This document shows, piece by piece, positions 1 through 11,100 of a DNA stretch of 64,000 nt. Below the pieces are notes generated by a model that was given only the letters and a program-made list of their open reading frames with translations, had not been told where the DNA came from and ran no database searches. The DNA is from an uncultured delta proteobacterium (lineage in GTDB: Bacteria > Myxococcota_A > Polyangia > Palsa-1104). Location: NCBI GenBank assembly GCA_963785725.1, contig CAWAWS010000016.1, forward strand, positions 96,001-160,000, in the 5' to 3' direction. Each line of letters starts with the position of its first letter. Positions within the stretch are counted from its first letter, which is position 1. The translations under genes were made by a program, and so were the position numbers.

Positions 1-354
1 GACTTTTTCCTGCACTTCGAGCGTGACGACGTTCTCGTCCAGGCCGGAGATGCGCCCGATGAGACCGCCCGTCGTCGCCACTTCATCGCCCTTCTTGAGC
101 GACTTGAGCCAGCCTTCGGTCTCCTTGCGCCGCTTCTGCTCCGGGCGAATCATGATGAAGTACATCATCACGAGCAGCAGCGGGAAGAGCACCACCGGGT
201 TGCCGAGACCGGCGCCCGACAAGAAGCCGGTCGGGCCCGATGGCGGCGCGCCCGTCGCCGAGCCCGTCGGCGCCGCCGACGGTGGAGCCCCGGCCGGCGC
301 CGCGTTCCCCGACGGGGCAGCCGAGGGCGCCTGCCATAATAATGATTGGATCAT
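1..354 (-). CDS. yajC: Preprotein translocase subunit YajC (3' end runs off the window)
   Basis: Manual minus-strand translation from ATG at 354: MIQSLLWQAPSAAP...NPVVLFPLLVMMYFIMIRPEQKRRKETEGWLKSLKKGDEVATTGGLIGRISGLDENVVTLEV. This is the YajC TM + RPQ/KGDEV-T-GG pattern, downstream of tgt as in the classic queA-tgt-yajC operon. Absent from the ORF track because there is no stop in the window. Confidence 0.93.
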   Translation of the reverse strand, partial: MIQSLLWQAPSAAPSGNAAPAGAPPSAAPTGSATGAPPSGPTGFLSGAGLGNPVVLFPLLLVMMYFIMIRPEQKRRKETEGWLKSLKKGDEVATTGGLIGRISGLDENVVTLEVQEKV

Positions 355-387
355 CGGCGGTGCGTGTACCGCGAGATAGCGTTTCCG

Positions 388-1533
<1,146 letters not shown>

Positions 1534-1561
1534 CTACGGTGTTCGCTCACATGACGCTGGC

Positions 1562-2590
1562 TCATCGGATCAACATCGCGTCGCCGTAGCTGTAGAAGCG
1601 GAAGTCGTGGGCGACGGCGTCGGCGTAGGCGGCGAGGACGCGCTCTTTGCCGGCCAGCGCCGCCACGAGCATGAGCAGCGACGATTTCGGGAGATGGAAG
1701 TTGGTCAGCATCATGTCGATCAATCGGAATTGGTAGCCGGGCTGGATGAAGATGTCGGTGACGCCGGCGCCGGCGCGCACGGTGTTGCCGTCGATGGCGG
1801 CGGCCTCGAGCGTCCGCACGACGGTCGTGCCGACGGCGACGATGGCGCGACCGTCGGCGCGGGCGCGGCCAACCGCTTCGGCCGTCGCGACGGGCACGTC
1901 GTAGCGCTCGGGATGCAGCGATTGGCCGGTCAAGTCGTCGGAGCGCAGCGGCGCGAAGGTGCCCGGGCCGACGTGCAGCGTCACGGTCGCCCGCTCGATG
2001 CCGCGCGCGTCCAAGGCGGCGATGAGCGCGGGCGTAAAGTGCAGACCGGCGGTCGGCGCGGCGACGGCGCCGGGCGTGCGCGCGAACATCGTCTGATAGC
2101 GCTCTTTGTCGGCGGCTTCGGGCGTGTCGCGCTTGATGTAGGGCGGCAACGGCACCTCGCCATGGCGATCGAGATAGCCGTCGAGATCGCCGGTGAAGCG
2201 CGCCTGCACGTAGGCGCCGTCGACGGCCAAGACCTCGACGGTCGGCGGCTGGTCACCCTCCAGCGTCAGCGGGCCCAAGCGAATCGGCTTGGACGCGCCG
2301 CCGAGACAGCGCCACACGCCCTCACCGACGGCCGGCAGCGGCTCGACGAGCAGGAGCTCGACGCGTCCGCCGGTCGCCTTGGTCGCGTGCAGCCGCGCCG
2401 GAATGACGCGCGTGTCGTTGACGACGACGAGCGCGCCTTCCGGCAACAGCGACGGCAGATCGCGCACGTGCTGGTGCGACTGGCCGCCCGCGCGATCCAA
2501 GACATAGAGCCGCGCGTCGTCGCGTTGCGCCAGTGGCGCCTGGGCGATCCGTTCGGCCGGGAGGTGAAAGTCGAAGTCCGATGCGCGCAA
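1562..2590 (-). CDS. queA: S-adenosylmethionine:tRNA ribosyltransferase-isomerase
   Basis: DFDFHLP..RIAQ, VNDTRVIPARL, PLPPYIKR, RYQT, GAVAAPTAGLHFT, TLHVGPGTF, AVGTTVVRTLE, TNFHLPKSSL, FYSYGDAMLI. Confidence 0.97.
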   Translation of the reverse strand: MRASDFDFHLPAERIAQAPLAQRDDARLYVLDRAGGQSHQHVRDLPSLLPEGALVVVNDTRVIPARLHATKATGGRVELLLVEPLPAVGEGVWRCLGGASKPIRLGPLTLEGDQPPTVEVLAVDGAYVQARFTGDLDGYLDRHGEVPLPPYIKRDTPEAADKERYQTMFARTPGAVAAPTAGLHFTPALIAALDARGIERATVTLHVGPGTFAPLRSDDLTGQSLHPERYDVPVATAEAVGRARADGRAIVAVGTTVVRTLEAAAIDGNTVRAGAGVTDIFIQPGYQFRLIDMMLTNFHLPKSSLLMLVAALAGKERVLAAYADAVAHDFRFYSYGDAMLIR

Positions 2591-2626
2591 GCTCTAGCCC
2601 TTTTCGCGCAGTGCTATAACACGCCG

Positions 2627-5086
2627 ATGCTGCGACGCTCCATGTTGGCGCTGTTGCCCTTGCTGATGGCCGCGCAGACCGCTCCGCCGCCGCCCTGGGC
2701 CGACGCGCGCGGCGATCTCGACGGCGACGGCAAGCCCGACCGCGCCCACCTCGAACGCGACGGCACGCTCTTTGTCGACGGCAGCGATGGACGCGAGCTG
2801 GCGCACATCACCCTGCCCGATCCCAAGCGCATCGAGCGGGCGCAGGTGCGTTTCGCGACGGTCGAGGATCGCGTGGTGGTGCACGTCAAAGCCGACATCG
2901 GACGCGGCCAGGCCGACGAGGCGGTGGTCGCCGGCGGCAAGATAGTGTTTGTCGGGCGCACCGGGCCTGTCGGCGACGGCGATCGGCTGGAGCGGCTGCG
3001 CGTCGACGAAGCGGGCATCGTGCGCTATCAGACGTCGCCCGGTTTCGTGCGCTGTGACGGCGAGGATGAGCTGTTTCCCGAGCGTTGGGACTTCGCGGGC
3101 GCGCGCTTTCGGCCGGTGACGGTCGAGCCGCCGCTCGGCAAGCCGCTGCGCTCGTCGACGACGGCGCCGGACGGCGTCAAAGGGCCGCCGCTCGGGCTCT
3201 TCCGCTTCGTGGCCGCCTCGACGGACGACACGGGCGAGCGCCGCGCCGATCGGCTGGCCGCGCCGCACGAGCTCGAAGACGGCGCGCCGGCGACGCTGTG
3301 GCACGCGGGCGAGGGCGCGGCGGCGCGAGGCGCGTGGGCGACGGCGCGCGCGCAGGCCGGCGCACAAAAGATCCATGCGCTCGAGATCGTCGGTGGCAAC
3401 GCCGCGCCGCGCACGTTGACGCTGATCCTCGGCCCCGAGCAGCATTTTACGGTCGATGTCGCGGCCGGGACGCGCTGGGTGACCTTGCCGGAGACGGCGC
3501 CGACGGCGTGTCTGTCGATCGTCGTGGCCGAGCCGAACGCGCACGGAAACACGCTGGGCGAGGTGGCGATCTACACCGACATCGATGGACCGGCCGGGCT
3601 GCAGCAGCTCGTGCTCGAAGTGGCCGATGGGCGTCCCGAAGCCGACGGCGCGGCGCACTTGTTGATCGCGCGCGGACACGAAGCGGCGACGAAAGTGGCC
3701 GAAGCGCTGCCGTTGGCGCACGCTGCGGGCAAGCGTCGGCTCCTGCAGGTGTTGGCGGCGATCGCCGATCCGTCGACGGCACCGGCATTGGGGACGGCGT
3801 TGGAGACGGCGAGCGGCAACGAACGGCCGCTCGTCGTCGAGGCGCTCGGCAAGCTCGGCGACGCGGGCGTGGCACCGGCGGCGCGCGTCTTCGCCGACGA
3901 CAGTCAGACGGGCGAAGCGCGCGCCGATGCCGCGACCGTGCTCGGCTTGGCCGGCGGCGCGACGGCGTTGGCGGCGTTGACGGCGGGCGCCGGTCACGGC
4001 GACGGCGGCGTGCGCGCGGCGAGCATGCTGGCGCTGACGCGGCGATTCGCCGCCGATCCGGCCGCGATCTTGGCGGCGCTCGGCAAAGCGGCCGGCCACG
4101 ACGATGATGCGACCGGCGATTTGGCGCGCGTCATCGGGCGCGCGGCGGCCGACAAGTCGGCGGCGCGCGATGACGCGGCGGCGGCGCTCGTCGCGGCTTG
4201 GTCGGCGACGGCCCCGACGCATTTTGCCGCGCGCTTACGACTGTTGCGGGCGATGGGCGATCTCGGTCATGCAGCGGCGTTGCCGATCGCGAGCGCGGCC
4301 GCGCACGACGCCGACCCGACGCTGCGCGCCAACGCCGTGAACGCGGCCGCGCGGCTCGAGGGCGGCGCGGCGATCGCCAGAGCCGCAGTCAACGACGGCG
4401 ATCCCGGCGTGCGTAAGGCAGCGATCGTGGCGCTCGCCGGACGTGCCGATGGCGTGGCCGAAGCGGAAGCGGCGCTCGGCCGCGACGCCTGGCCGATGGT
4501 GCGTCACGCCGCCGCCGACGCGCTCGGCGCCGCGTGCGCAGCGGCGCACGGCGCGCCTTCGCCGGCGTTGACGCGCGCGGTGGTCGGCGACGGCGCCGGC
4601 AAGGCCGGGCGCGGCGCCGATCGCGCCGAAGAGGTCCGGCGCGCGGCGCTGTTCGCGCTCGGGCGCTGCGCGGCGCCGCTGCCGCTCTTGGCTTCCGTGC
4701 TCGACGCGCGCGAGCAGCCGGTCAGCGTGCGCGAGCTGGCGGCAGCGCTGGTGGCGCGTCGCGGCGGCGCGGTCGCAGCCAAGGCGCTCGCCGGCGCGCT
4801 CGACGACGCGCTCGGCGATCCCGCGGCCGACGAGCAGTCGATGGGCCTGGCGATCGCCTGCACCCACGGCCTGGCGCGCACCGGCGACACGTCGCGGCCG
4901 GTGTTGGAGGCGCTCGGCGAAGCTGCGAACGAGCCCGCGTCGGCGCCGCTGCGCGCCGCGGCCATGGAGACGATTGGCCTGCTCTGCCCCGACGGCGCCG
5001 CGGTCGCGCTCGACAAAGGCGTGAAGGACCCCGACGGCAACGTCTGCCGCGCCGCGCGTCTGGCGCGCGAGCGCTGCCACAAGTAG
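2627..5086 (+). CDS. Exported HEAT/PBS-lyase-repeat protein with N-terminal DxDGDG motif
   Basis: 3' part of ORF 1382..5086. Signal-peptide-like start MLRRSMLALLPLLMAA, then DLDGDGKPD. C-terminal half has Ala-rich HEAT-like repeats (DPTLRANAVNA, DPGVRKAAIVAL, WPMVRHAAADAL, EEVRRAALFAL). Confidence 0.75.
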   Translation: MLRRSMLALLPLLMAAQTAPPPPWADARGDLDGDGKPDRAHLERDGTLFVDGSDGRELAHITLPDPKRIERAQVRFATVEDRVVVHVKADIGRGQADEAVVAGGKIVFVGRTGPVGDGDRLERLRVDEAGIVRYQTSPGFVRCDGEDELFPERWDFAGARFRPVTVEPPLGKPLRSSTTAPDGVKGPPLGLFRFVAASTDDTGERRADRLAAPHELEDGAPATLWHAGEGAAARGAWATARAQAGAQKIHALEIVGGNAAPRTLTLILGPEQHFTVDVAAGTRWVTLPETAPTACLSIVVAEPNAHGNTLGEVAIYTDIDGPAGLQQLVLEVADGRPEADGAAHLLIARGHEAATKVAEALPLAHAAGKRRLLQVLAAIADPSTAPALGTALETASGNERPLVVEALGKLGDAGVAPAARVFADDSQTGEARADAATVLGLAGGATALAALTAGAGHGDGGVRAASMLALTRRFAADPAAILAALGKAAGHDDDATGDLARVIGRAAADKSAARDDAAAALVAAWSATAPTHFAARLRLLRAMGDLGHAAALPIASAAAHDADPTLRANAVNAAARLEGGAAIARAAVNDGDPGVRKAAIVALAGRADGVAEAEAALGRDAWPMVRHAAADALGAACAAAHGAPSPALTRAVVGDGAGKAGRGADRAEEVRRAALFALGRCAAPLPLLASVLDAREQPVSVRELAAALVARRGGAVAAKALAGALDDALGDPAADEQSMGLAIACTHGLARTGDTSRPVLEALGEAANEPASAPLRAAAMETIGLLCPDGAAVALDKGVKDPDGNVCRAARLARERCHK

Positions 5087-5130
5087 CGCAAACCGAATCG
5101 ACCGACGCGCGAACGCGGTATGCTCGCGCC

Positions 5131-6330
5131 ATGGATTTCGCGCCCTCGCCGACGCTGCAGCCGCTGCTCGAGCAGATTGAGCGCTTCATCCGCGACGAAG
5201 TCGAGCCACTCGAGCCGCGCTTCGTCGGCGGCAGCTTTCGCGCGCTCCTGCCCGAGCTGTCGCGGCTGCGGGCGCGCGTCAAGGGGCTCGGGCTGTGGCT
5301 GCCGCAGATGCCGCGCGACGTCGGTGGCCTCGGGCTGACGCTGCTCGAGCACGGGCAGGTCTCGGAGCGGCTGGGACGCTCGCCGCTCGGCCATTACGTC
5401 TTCAACTGCCAGGCGCCGGACGCGGGCAACATGGAGATCCTGCATCGTCATGGCACGCCGGCGCAGCACGAGCGCTGGCTGATGCCGCTTCTGCGCGGCG
5501 ACATTCGCAGCTGCTTCAGCATGACCGAGCCCGACATGCCGGGGTCGAATCCGACCTTGCTCGCCACGACGGCGCGTAAAGACGGCGACGACTATGTCAT
5601 CGACGGGCACAAGTGGTTCACCTCGTCGGCCGACGGCGCGGCGTTCGCCATCGTCATGGCCGTCACCGACGCCGACGCCGCGCCGCACCTGCGCGCCTCG
5701 CAGATCATCGTGCCCACCGACGCGCCCGGCTTTACGCTCGTGCGCAACATCTCGGTCATGGGCCACGCCGGCGACGACTACGCCTCGCACGCCGAAGTCC
5801 GCTATCACGGCGTGCGCGTGCCGCAGTCGAACCGGCTCGGCGGCGAAGGCGCCGGCTTCCTCATCGCGCAAGAGCGGCTCGGCCCCGGCCGCATCCACCA
5901 CTGCATGCGCTGGATCGGCATCTGCGAGCGCGCCTTTACGCTCATGTGCACGCGCGCCGCGACGCGGGAGGTCGCGCCCGGCAAAGTGCTCGGCGGCAAG
6001 CAGCTCGTGCAGGCCTGGATCGCCGAGAGCCGCGCCGAGATCGACGCCGCGCGCTTGATGGTGCTGCGCGCCGCCTGGACCATCGATCACGACGGCGTCT
6101 ACGCCGCGCGCGAGCAGGTCTCGCTCATCAAGTTCTACGTCGCCGGCGTCATGGAGCGCGTGCTCGATCGTGCGATTCAGGCGCACGGCGCGCTCGGCAT
6201 GACCGACGACACGCCGCTGGCCTGGTTCTTCCGCCAAGAGCGCGCCGCGCGCATCTACGACGGCCCCGACGAAGTGCACAAGATGGTCGTCGCCAAACGC
6301 ATTCTCAAAGGTTATGGAGTGACGTTATGA
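5131..6330 (+). CDS. Acyl-CoA dehydrogenase (ACAD10/11- or LvaC-like subfamily)
   Basis: FNCQAPDAGNMEIL, RSCFSMTEP, YVIDGHKWFTS, IAQERLGPGRIHHCMR, DRAIQAHGALG, RIYDGPDEVH. Confidence 0.92.
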   Translation: MDFAPSPTLQPLLEQIERFIRDEVEPLEPRFVGGSFRALLPELSRLRARVKGLGLWLPQMPRDVGGLGLTLLEHGQVSERLGRSPLGHYVFNCQAPDAGNMEILHRHGTPAQHERWLMPLLRGDIRSCFSMTEPDMPGSNPTLLATTARKDGDDYVIDGHKWFTSSADGAAFAIVMAVTDADAAPHLRASQIIVPTDAPGFTLVRNISVMGHAGDDYASHAEVRYHGVRVPQSNRLGGEGAGFLIAQERLGPGRIHHCMRWIGICERAFTLMCTRAATREVAPGKVLGGKQLVQAWIAESRAEIDAARLMVLRAAWTIDHDGVYAAREQVSLIKFYVAGVMERVLDRAIQAHGALGMTDDTPLAWFFRQERAARIYDGPDEVHKMVVAKRILKGYGVTL

Positions 6331-7376
6331 GCGAGGTCGTGCTCGATTCGACGCGCGCGGTTCGTGCCGGCGAAGAATTGGATTTGCCGGCGCTGGCGAA
6401 ATATTTGGGCGCGCAGGACGTCAAGGTCACGCAATTCCCGAGCGGCCACTCGAACCTGACGTATCTCGTCGAGGCCGATGGTCAATCGCTGGTGCTGCGC
6501 CGCCCGCCGTTCGGCAGCAAAGTGAAGACGGCGCACGACATGGGCCGCGAATATCGCATTCTCTCGCGCGTTCACGACGTCTATCCGCTGGCGCCGAAAC
6601 CGATATCGTATTGCGAGGATTCGGCGATATTGGGCGCGCCGTTCTACGTCATGCAGCGCATCGTCGGCGTCATCCTGCGCAAGGATCCGCCGCCGTCGCT
6701 GTTGCCGCCCGACGTGGCGCGCGGTCTCGGCGTCTCCTTCATCGATAATCTGGCGACGCTGCATCAGCTCGATTATCGCGCCGCCGGCTTGGGTGATTTG
6801 GGCAAACCGGACGGATATAACGAACGACAAGTGCGCGGCTGGGCCGAGCGTTATCGAAACGCGCGCACCGACGATATCGCCGATATGGAGTTTGTCGAGC
6901 GTTGGCTGAGCGAGCGCATCCCGCCGGAATCGGGCGCGGCGCTCATTCACAACGACTACAAATACGACAACCTCATGCTCGATCCGAACGACCTGACGCG
7001 TCTGGTCGGACTGCTCGACTGGGAGATGTCCACTATCGGTGACCCGCTCATGGATTTGGGCACGGCGCTCGGCTATTGGGTCGAGGCGAGCGACCCGCCG
7101 CCGCTGCAGGCGGTGCGCTTTTGCGCGACGACCGTGCCCGGCAGCCTGACGCGACGCGAGCTCGTCGCGCGATATCGAGAGCGCACCGGCGCCGATATCG
7201 GCAATATCCTGTTTTACTATTGTTTCGCCTTATTCAAGACCGCCGGCGTCGCGCAGCAGATCTATTATCGCTATAAACAGGGGCTGACGAAGGACGAGCG
7301 CTTTGCGGCCATGATCTTCGGCGTGCAAGTGCTGGCGGGAACGGCGCGCGCGGCCATCGAGCGCGGTCATCTCTAA
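6327..7376 (+). CDS. APH/ChoK-family phosphotransferase (ACAD10/11 kinase domain- or LvaA-like)
   Basis: QFPSGHSNLTY, LVLRRPP, AHDMGREY, GAPFYVM, LIHNDYKYDNL, LLDWEMSTIGDPLMDLG. ATGA overlap with the upstream dehydrogenase stop. Confidence 0.9.
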   Translation: MSEVVLDSTRAVRAGEELDLPALAKYLGAQDVKVTQFPSGHSNLTYLVEADGQSLVLRRPPFGSKVKTAHDMGREYRILSRVHDVYPLAPKPISYCEDSAILGAPFYVMQRIVGVILRKDPPPSLLPPDVARGLGVSFIDNLATLHQLDYRAAGLGDLGKPDGYNERQVRGWAERYRNARTDDIADMEFVERWLSERIPPESGAALIHNDYKYDNLMLDPNDLTRLVGLLDWEMSTIGDPLMDLGTALGYWVEASDPPPLQAVRFCATTVPGSLTRRELVARYRERTGADIGNILFYYCFALFKTAGVAQQIYYRYKQGLTKDERFAAMIFGVQVLAGTARAAIERGHL

Positions 7377-7396
7377 CGCTTACGGCGCCGCGACGC

Positions 7397-8137
7397 TCAC
7401 TTGGGGACCGGCATCAAGTTGATGCCGACGACGCCGCCCGAGCAGCCGCTCTTGCAGAAGTCACCGACCGGATCGCGGGTCGCGTACCACGTCGGCACGA
7501 CGACGGCGGTGACGACGACGGCGACCCCGACGGCGCCAACGGCCCACACCCACGACTTCTCGAACCACTTGGGCGGCGGCGGCGCGGCCGGCTTGTACGG
7601 GTTGGCGCCGACGGGCAAGTCCTCGAGCAGCACCTCGAGCGCGATCTCCTGGCCGGCGACGGCGGAGACGTTCTGGAAGAAGTCCTTGTAGCCGCCTTTG
7701 GAGACCTGGATGGCGCGCGCGCCGACTTCGAGCTCGGTCGTGAGCGGCGCTTCGCCGACGAACTTGCCGTCGATGTAGACGCGCGACGCGGGGACGCTGG
7801 CGCTGATCTTGAGCACGCCGGCGACGGCGACGAGCTCGACCGTGACCAAGGTCGGCTTCTTGCGGTCGATCTTGAAGACGTCGATATAGGGCGCGAAGCC
7901 CTCTTTGATGACCTTGATCGTGTGCTCGCCCGGCACGAACGGCAGCGGCGCCTTCAACGGCACCTCGCCCACTTTCTGCCCGTCGACGAAGATCGCGGCG
8001 CCGGTGGTCGCCGACTGCACATCGAGCGTGCCGCCGCGGGCGCCGGCGGCGGGCGTGCCGCGGTCGGCCGACGCCACCGCGCCGGCGAGCAGGACGACCG
8101 CAACAACGACGCTACGCAACGTGTTTGAGCTTACCAC
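7397..8137 (-). CDS. PEGA-domain exported/membrane protein
   Basis: Signal peptide; two PEGA-like repeats (GAAIFVDGQKVGEVP..PGEHTIKVIKEGF; SRVYIDGKFVGEAP..GARAIQVSKGGY); Pro linker then KWFEKSWVW and a C-terminal TM helix. Confidence 0.85.
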   Translation of the reverse strand: MVSSNTLRSVVVAVVLLAGAVASADRGTPAAGARGGTLDVQSATTGAAIFVDGQKVGEVPLKAPLPFVPGEHTIKVIKEGFAPYIDVFKIDRKKPTLVTVELVAVAGVLKISASVPASRVYIDGKFVGEAPLTTELEVGARAIQVSKGGYKDFFQNVSAVAGQEIALEVLLEDLPVGANPYKPAAPPPPKWFEKSWVWAVGAVGVAVVVTAVVVPTWYATRDPVGDFCKSGCSGGVVGINLMPVPK

Positions 8138-8156
8138 TTTTTCGATTTCAGCTCAC

Positions 8157-11100
8157 TTACGGCTTCACGCGCGTCAGCGCCTGCCGCAAGCGCGCGTGCT
8201 GGCCGTCGACTTCCAGGCCGCGCTCGAACATGCCGGCCGCCTTGGGCGCCTCGCCCAGCTGCTCGTGAATCTCGCCGAGGTGCAGGTAGACGTCGGCTTT
8301 GCTGACGCCCGACGCCGGATCGAGGTTCTGCAGCAGCATCTGCCGATAGACGCGGCGCGCCTTTTCCCACTCCTTCTCGCCGACGTGCAGGCGACCGAGC
8401 GCGATCATCGTCGGCGTATGCTGCGGATCGATCGAGAACGCCGTCTGGTAATGCTCGAGCGCCAGCTTGACGTCGCCTTTGCGCTCGGCGATGGCACCGA
8501 TGCGCTGATTCAGCCGCGCCAAGTCGCGCGTGCGCTTGCCCTTGCCCAGCCGCTCGGCCAGCTTGCGATAGAGCGGCAGCGCGTCGTCATCGCGTCCGGC
8601 GGCGAAGTAGAGATCGGCCAGCGGCTCGACCACCGTCGGCTCGTCGGGCGACACGCGCGCCAGCTGCTCCAGATACGGCAGCGCCTGGTTCGGCTGCTTC
8701 AGCTTGTCGCCGTAGACCTGCGCCAGCTCGACGTAGAGCGGCTTGCGATCCGCCTCCGCCGTCTGGTCGAGCCGGAGCGCCAAGAGCTCGGCCACGCGCG
8801 TCCAATCGCCGCGCGCGCGCGCCAGCTTCTCGAGCGCGCCGAGCGCGCCGGCGTGCGTGGCGTCGGCGTCGAGCGCGCGCAGGTAGCTGGCCTCGCCCGC
8901 TTCGTCGCCGCCGGCTTCCGCTTCGATCTTGCCCAGGCGGAAGTGCAACTCGGCGCGTTCGGCCGGTGAATCGGCCAGCTCGACGGCGCGCTCCAGCGTC
9001 GCCCGCGCCTTGTCGACGTCGCGCGCCGCTTCGTAGATGTGCGCCAACGACATGAGCGCGCGCACGTTCGACGGATCGCGCTCGAGAATGCGCTCCAAGA
9101 TCTCCGTCGACGCTTCGGCGTTGCCGAGCCGGCCTTCCCACACATCGGCGGCGCGCACCAGCAGCGCGATCTCGCCGTCCTTGTCGCCGACGGCCGCGCG
9201 ACGATTGGCCTGATCGGTCAGCACGTCGATGAGATCGTTGTAGCGCTCGGACTTCTCGAGCAGCGCCGCCAGCTGCGCGTTGGCCTCGGGCTCGTCCGAC
9301 TGCAAGGTCAGGATCTCGTGCAAGTAGCCGATGGCGTCGTCGGCCGAGTCGTGCTTTTCGACCGCCAGCGTCACCAGCTTCTTGTAGACGGGGATTTGCT
9401 TCGGCCCCGACACGGCTTGCAGCTGGCGCACGAGCACCTCTTGCACCGCCGTCCAGTCACCCCGCCGCCGCTCCAAATCCTCGAGCGCGTCGAGCGCGGC
9501 CGGCGCGTCGGGCGCATGGTCGAGGAGATCGCGATAGGCGTCGACGGCGCGATCGAGATCGCCGATCTTCTCGGCCCAAATCGCCGCGATGCGCGTCTTC
9601 AACGCCACCTGCGCGCCCGCGTTCTCTTCGACGCGCGCCTTTTGCGCCAAGAGCGCCACCAGCTCGGTGAAGTGGCCCTCCTTCTCGTGCAGCCGCGCCA
9701 AGGCGTCGAGCGCGCCCACGTCGGCGTCGTCGACGTCGAGCACCTTTTGCCAGCCAGCGATGGCGGCCGGCACGTCGCCGAGCGCCTTTTCGTGCAGCTC
9801 GGCGGCCTCGGCGTAGAGGCGCCGCTTGGCGGTCGCGTCGTAGTCCACCGCGGCGCGCCGTTCGAGCACGCGCGCCAGCTGCGCATGATCGGCGCGGACG
9901 CGATAGAGCCGCTCGAGCGCCTCCAAGGCCTCGGCATTCTCGCCGTCGACCTCGAGCACGAAGAGGTAACGCGCCTCCGCACGCGCGTCGTCGCCGAGCC
10001 GCTCCCACAGCCGCGCCGTGCGCAGGCCGAGGTCGCGCGCTTGATCGCCGGAGACGGCGCCGGGCGCGTCGAGCACGGCCTCGAACGTCTCGGCCGCGCG
10101 CTCGGGCTCGCCCGCCGCTTCGCCGAGCCGCTCCACTTCGTCGGCCAGGCGCGGCTCGTCGGGACGCAGCCGCAGCGCCCGCGCCATGGCGTCGAGCGCC
10201 TTGGCCGGGTCGTTCAAGTAGCGCTCGCAGCGCTCGGCGATGGTCTCGAGCAGCTGCGCCTGCTCCGGGTGACCGCTGGTGATCGCCGAGGCGCACCTCC
10301 GCCAGCTGCACCACCTTCGGCCAGTTCTCGTCCTGCTCGTAGAGCGGCTCCAAGACCTCGAGCGCGGCCTCCGCATGCGCGTGCGACGCCAGCAGCTTCT
10401 CGAGGCCGGCGCGCGTGGCCGCGTGGCTCGGCTCGCGCCCGAGCGCGTCGCGGTAGGCCAAGAGCGCGCCGTCGAGATCGACGAGCTCGCCGGCGCGCAG
10501 CGCGCCCAAGCGGTACAAGAACTCGGCCTGCTCGACCGGATCGTTGACGGCGCCGGCCTCCTTTTCGAGCACGTCGCCGAGATCGCGCCAACGCGCCGCC
10601 CGCGCCAGCAAACGATCGAGCGCTTGCAGCGGCGTGCGCTCGGAGCCGTCGGGACCCGGCAGATCGAGCGCTTTGTTGTAGGCGGAGATGGCGCGCTCTT
10701 CGTCGCCCAGCTTGTGCTCGTAGATCGCGCCCAGCTTGAGGGCCAACGTGCGCTGCACTTCGGGATCGAACGCCGCCGACATGCGCTCTTCGTAGACGCG
10801 CGCCAGCTCGCCCGGCGCTTGCGTCAGCTCGGCCAAGCGCTCGAGCTCGACTTGCGCCGCTTCGTCGCCGGCATCCTCGCCGAGCACGCGACCCCACGCC
10901 GAGAACGCCGCCTGCAAATCCTCGACGCCCGCTTCGTTCAGCTCGGCGATGCGCGACAACAGACGGCGCCGCTCTTGCGGCTCGCTCTCGGCCTGCAAGC
11001 GCAGCTCGGTCACGTCGATGAGCGCCGCGAAGTCGCTCTGCTGCTCGTAATAGGGCTCGAGCACGGCCGCCGCCGGATCGCGCGTGGCCTCGTCGCGCAC

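Noticed and set aside
6327..7376. Aminoglycoside resistance gene
   Set aside because: Motifs and coupling to an acyl-CoA dehydrogenase point to the ACAD10/LvaA-type metabolic kinase.
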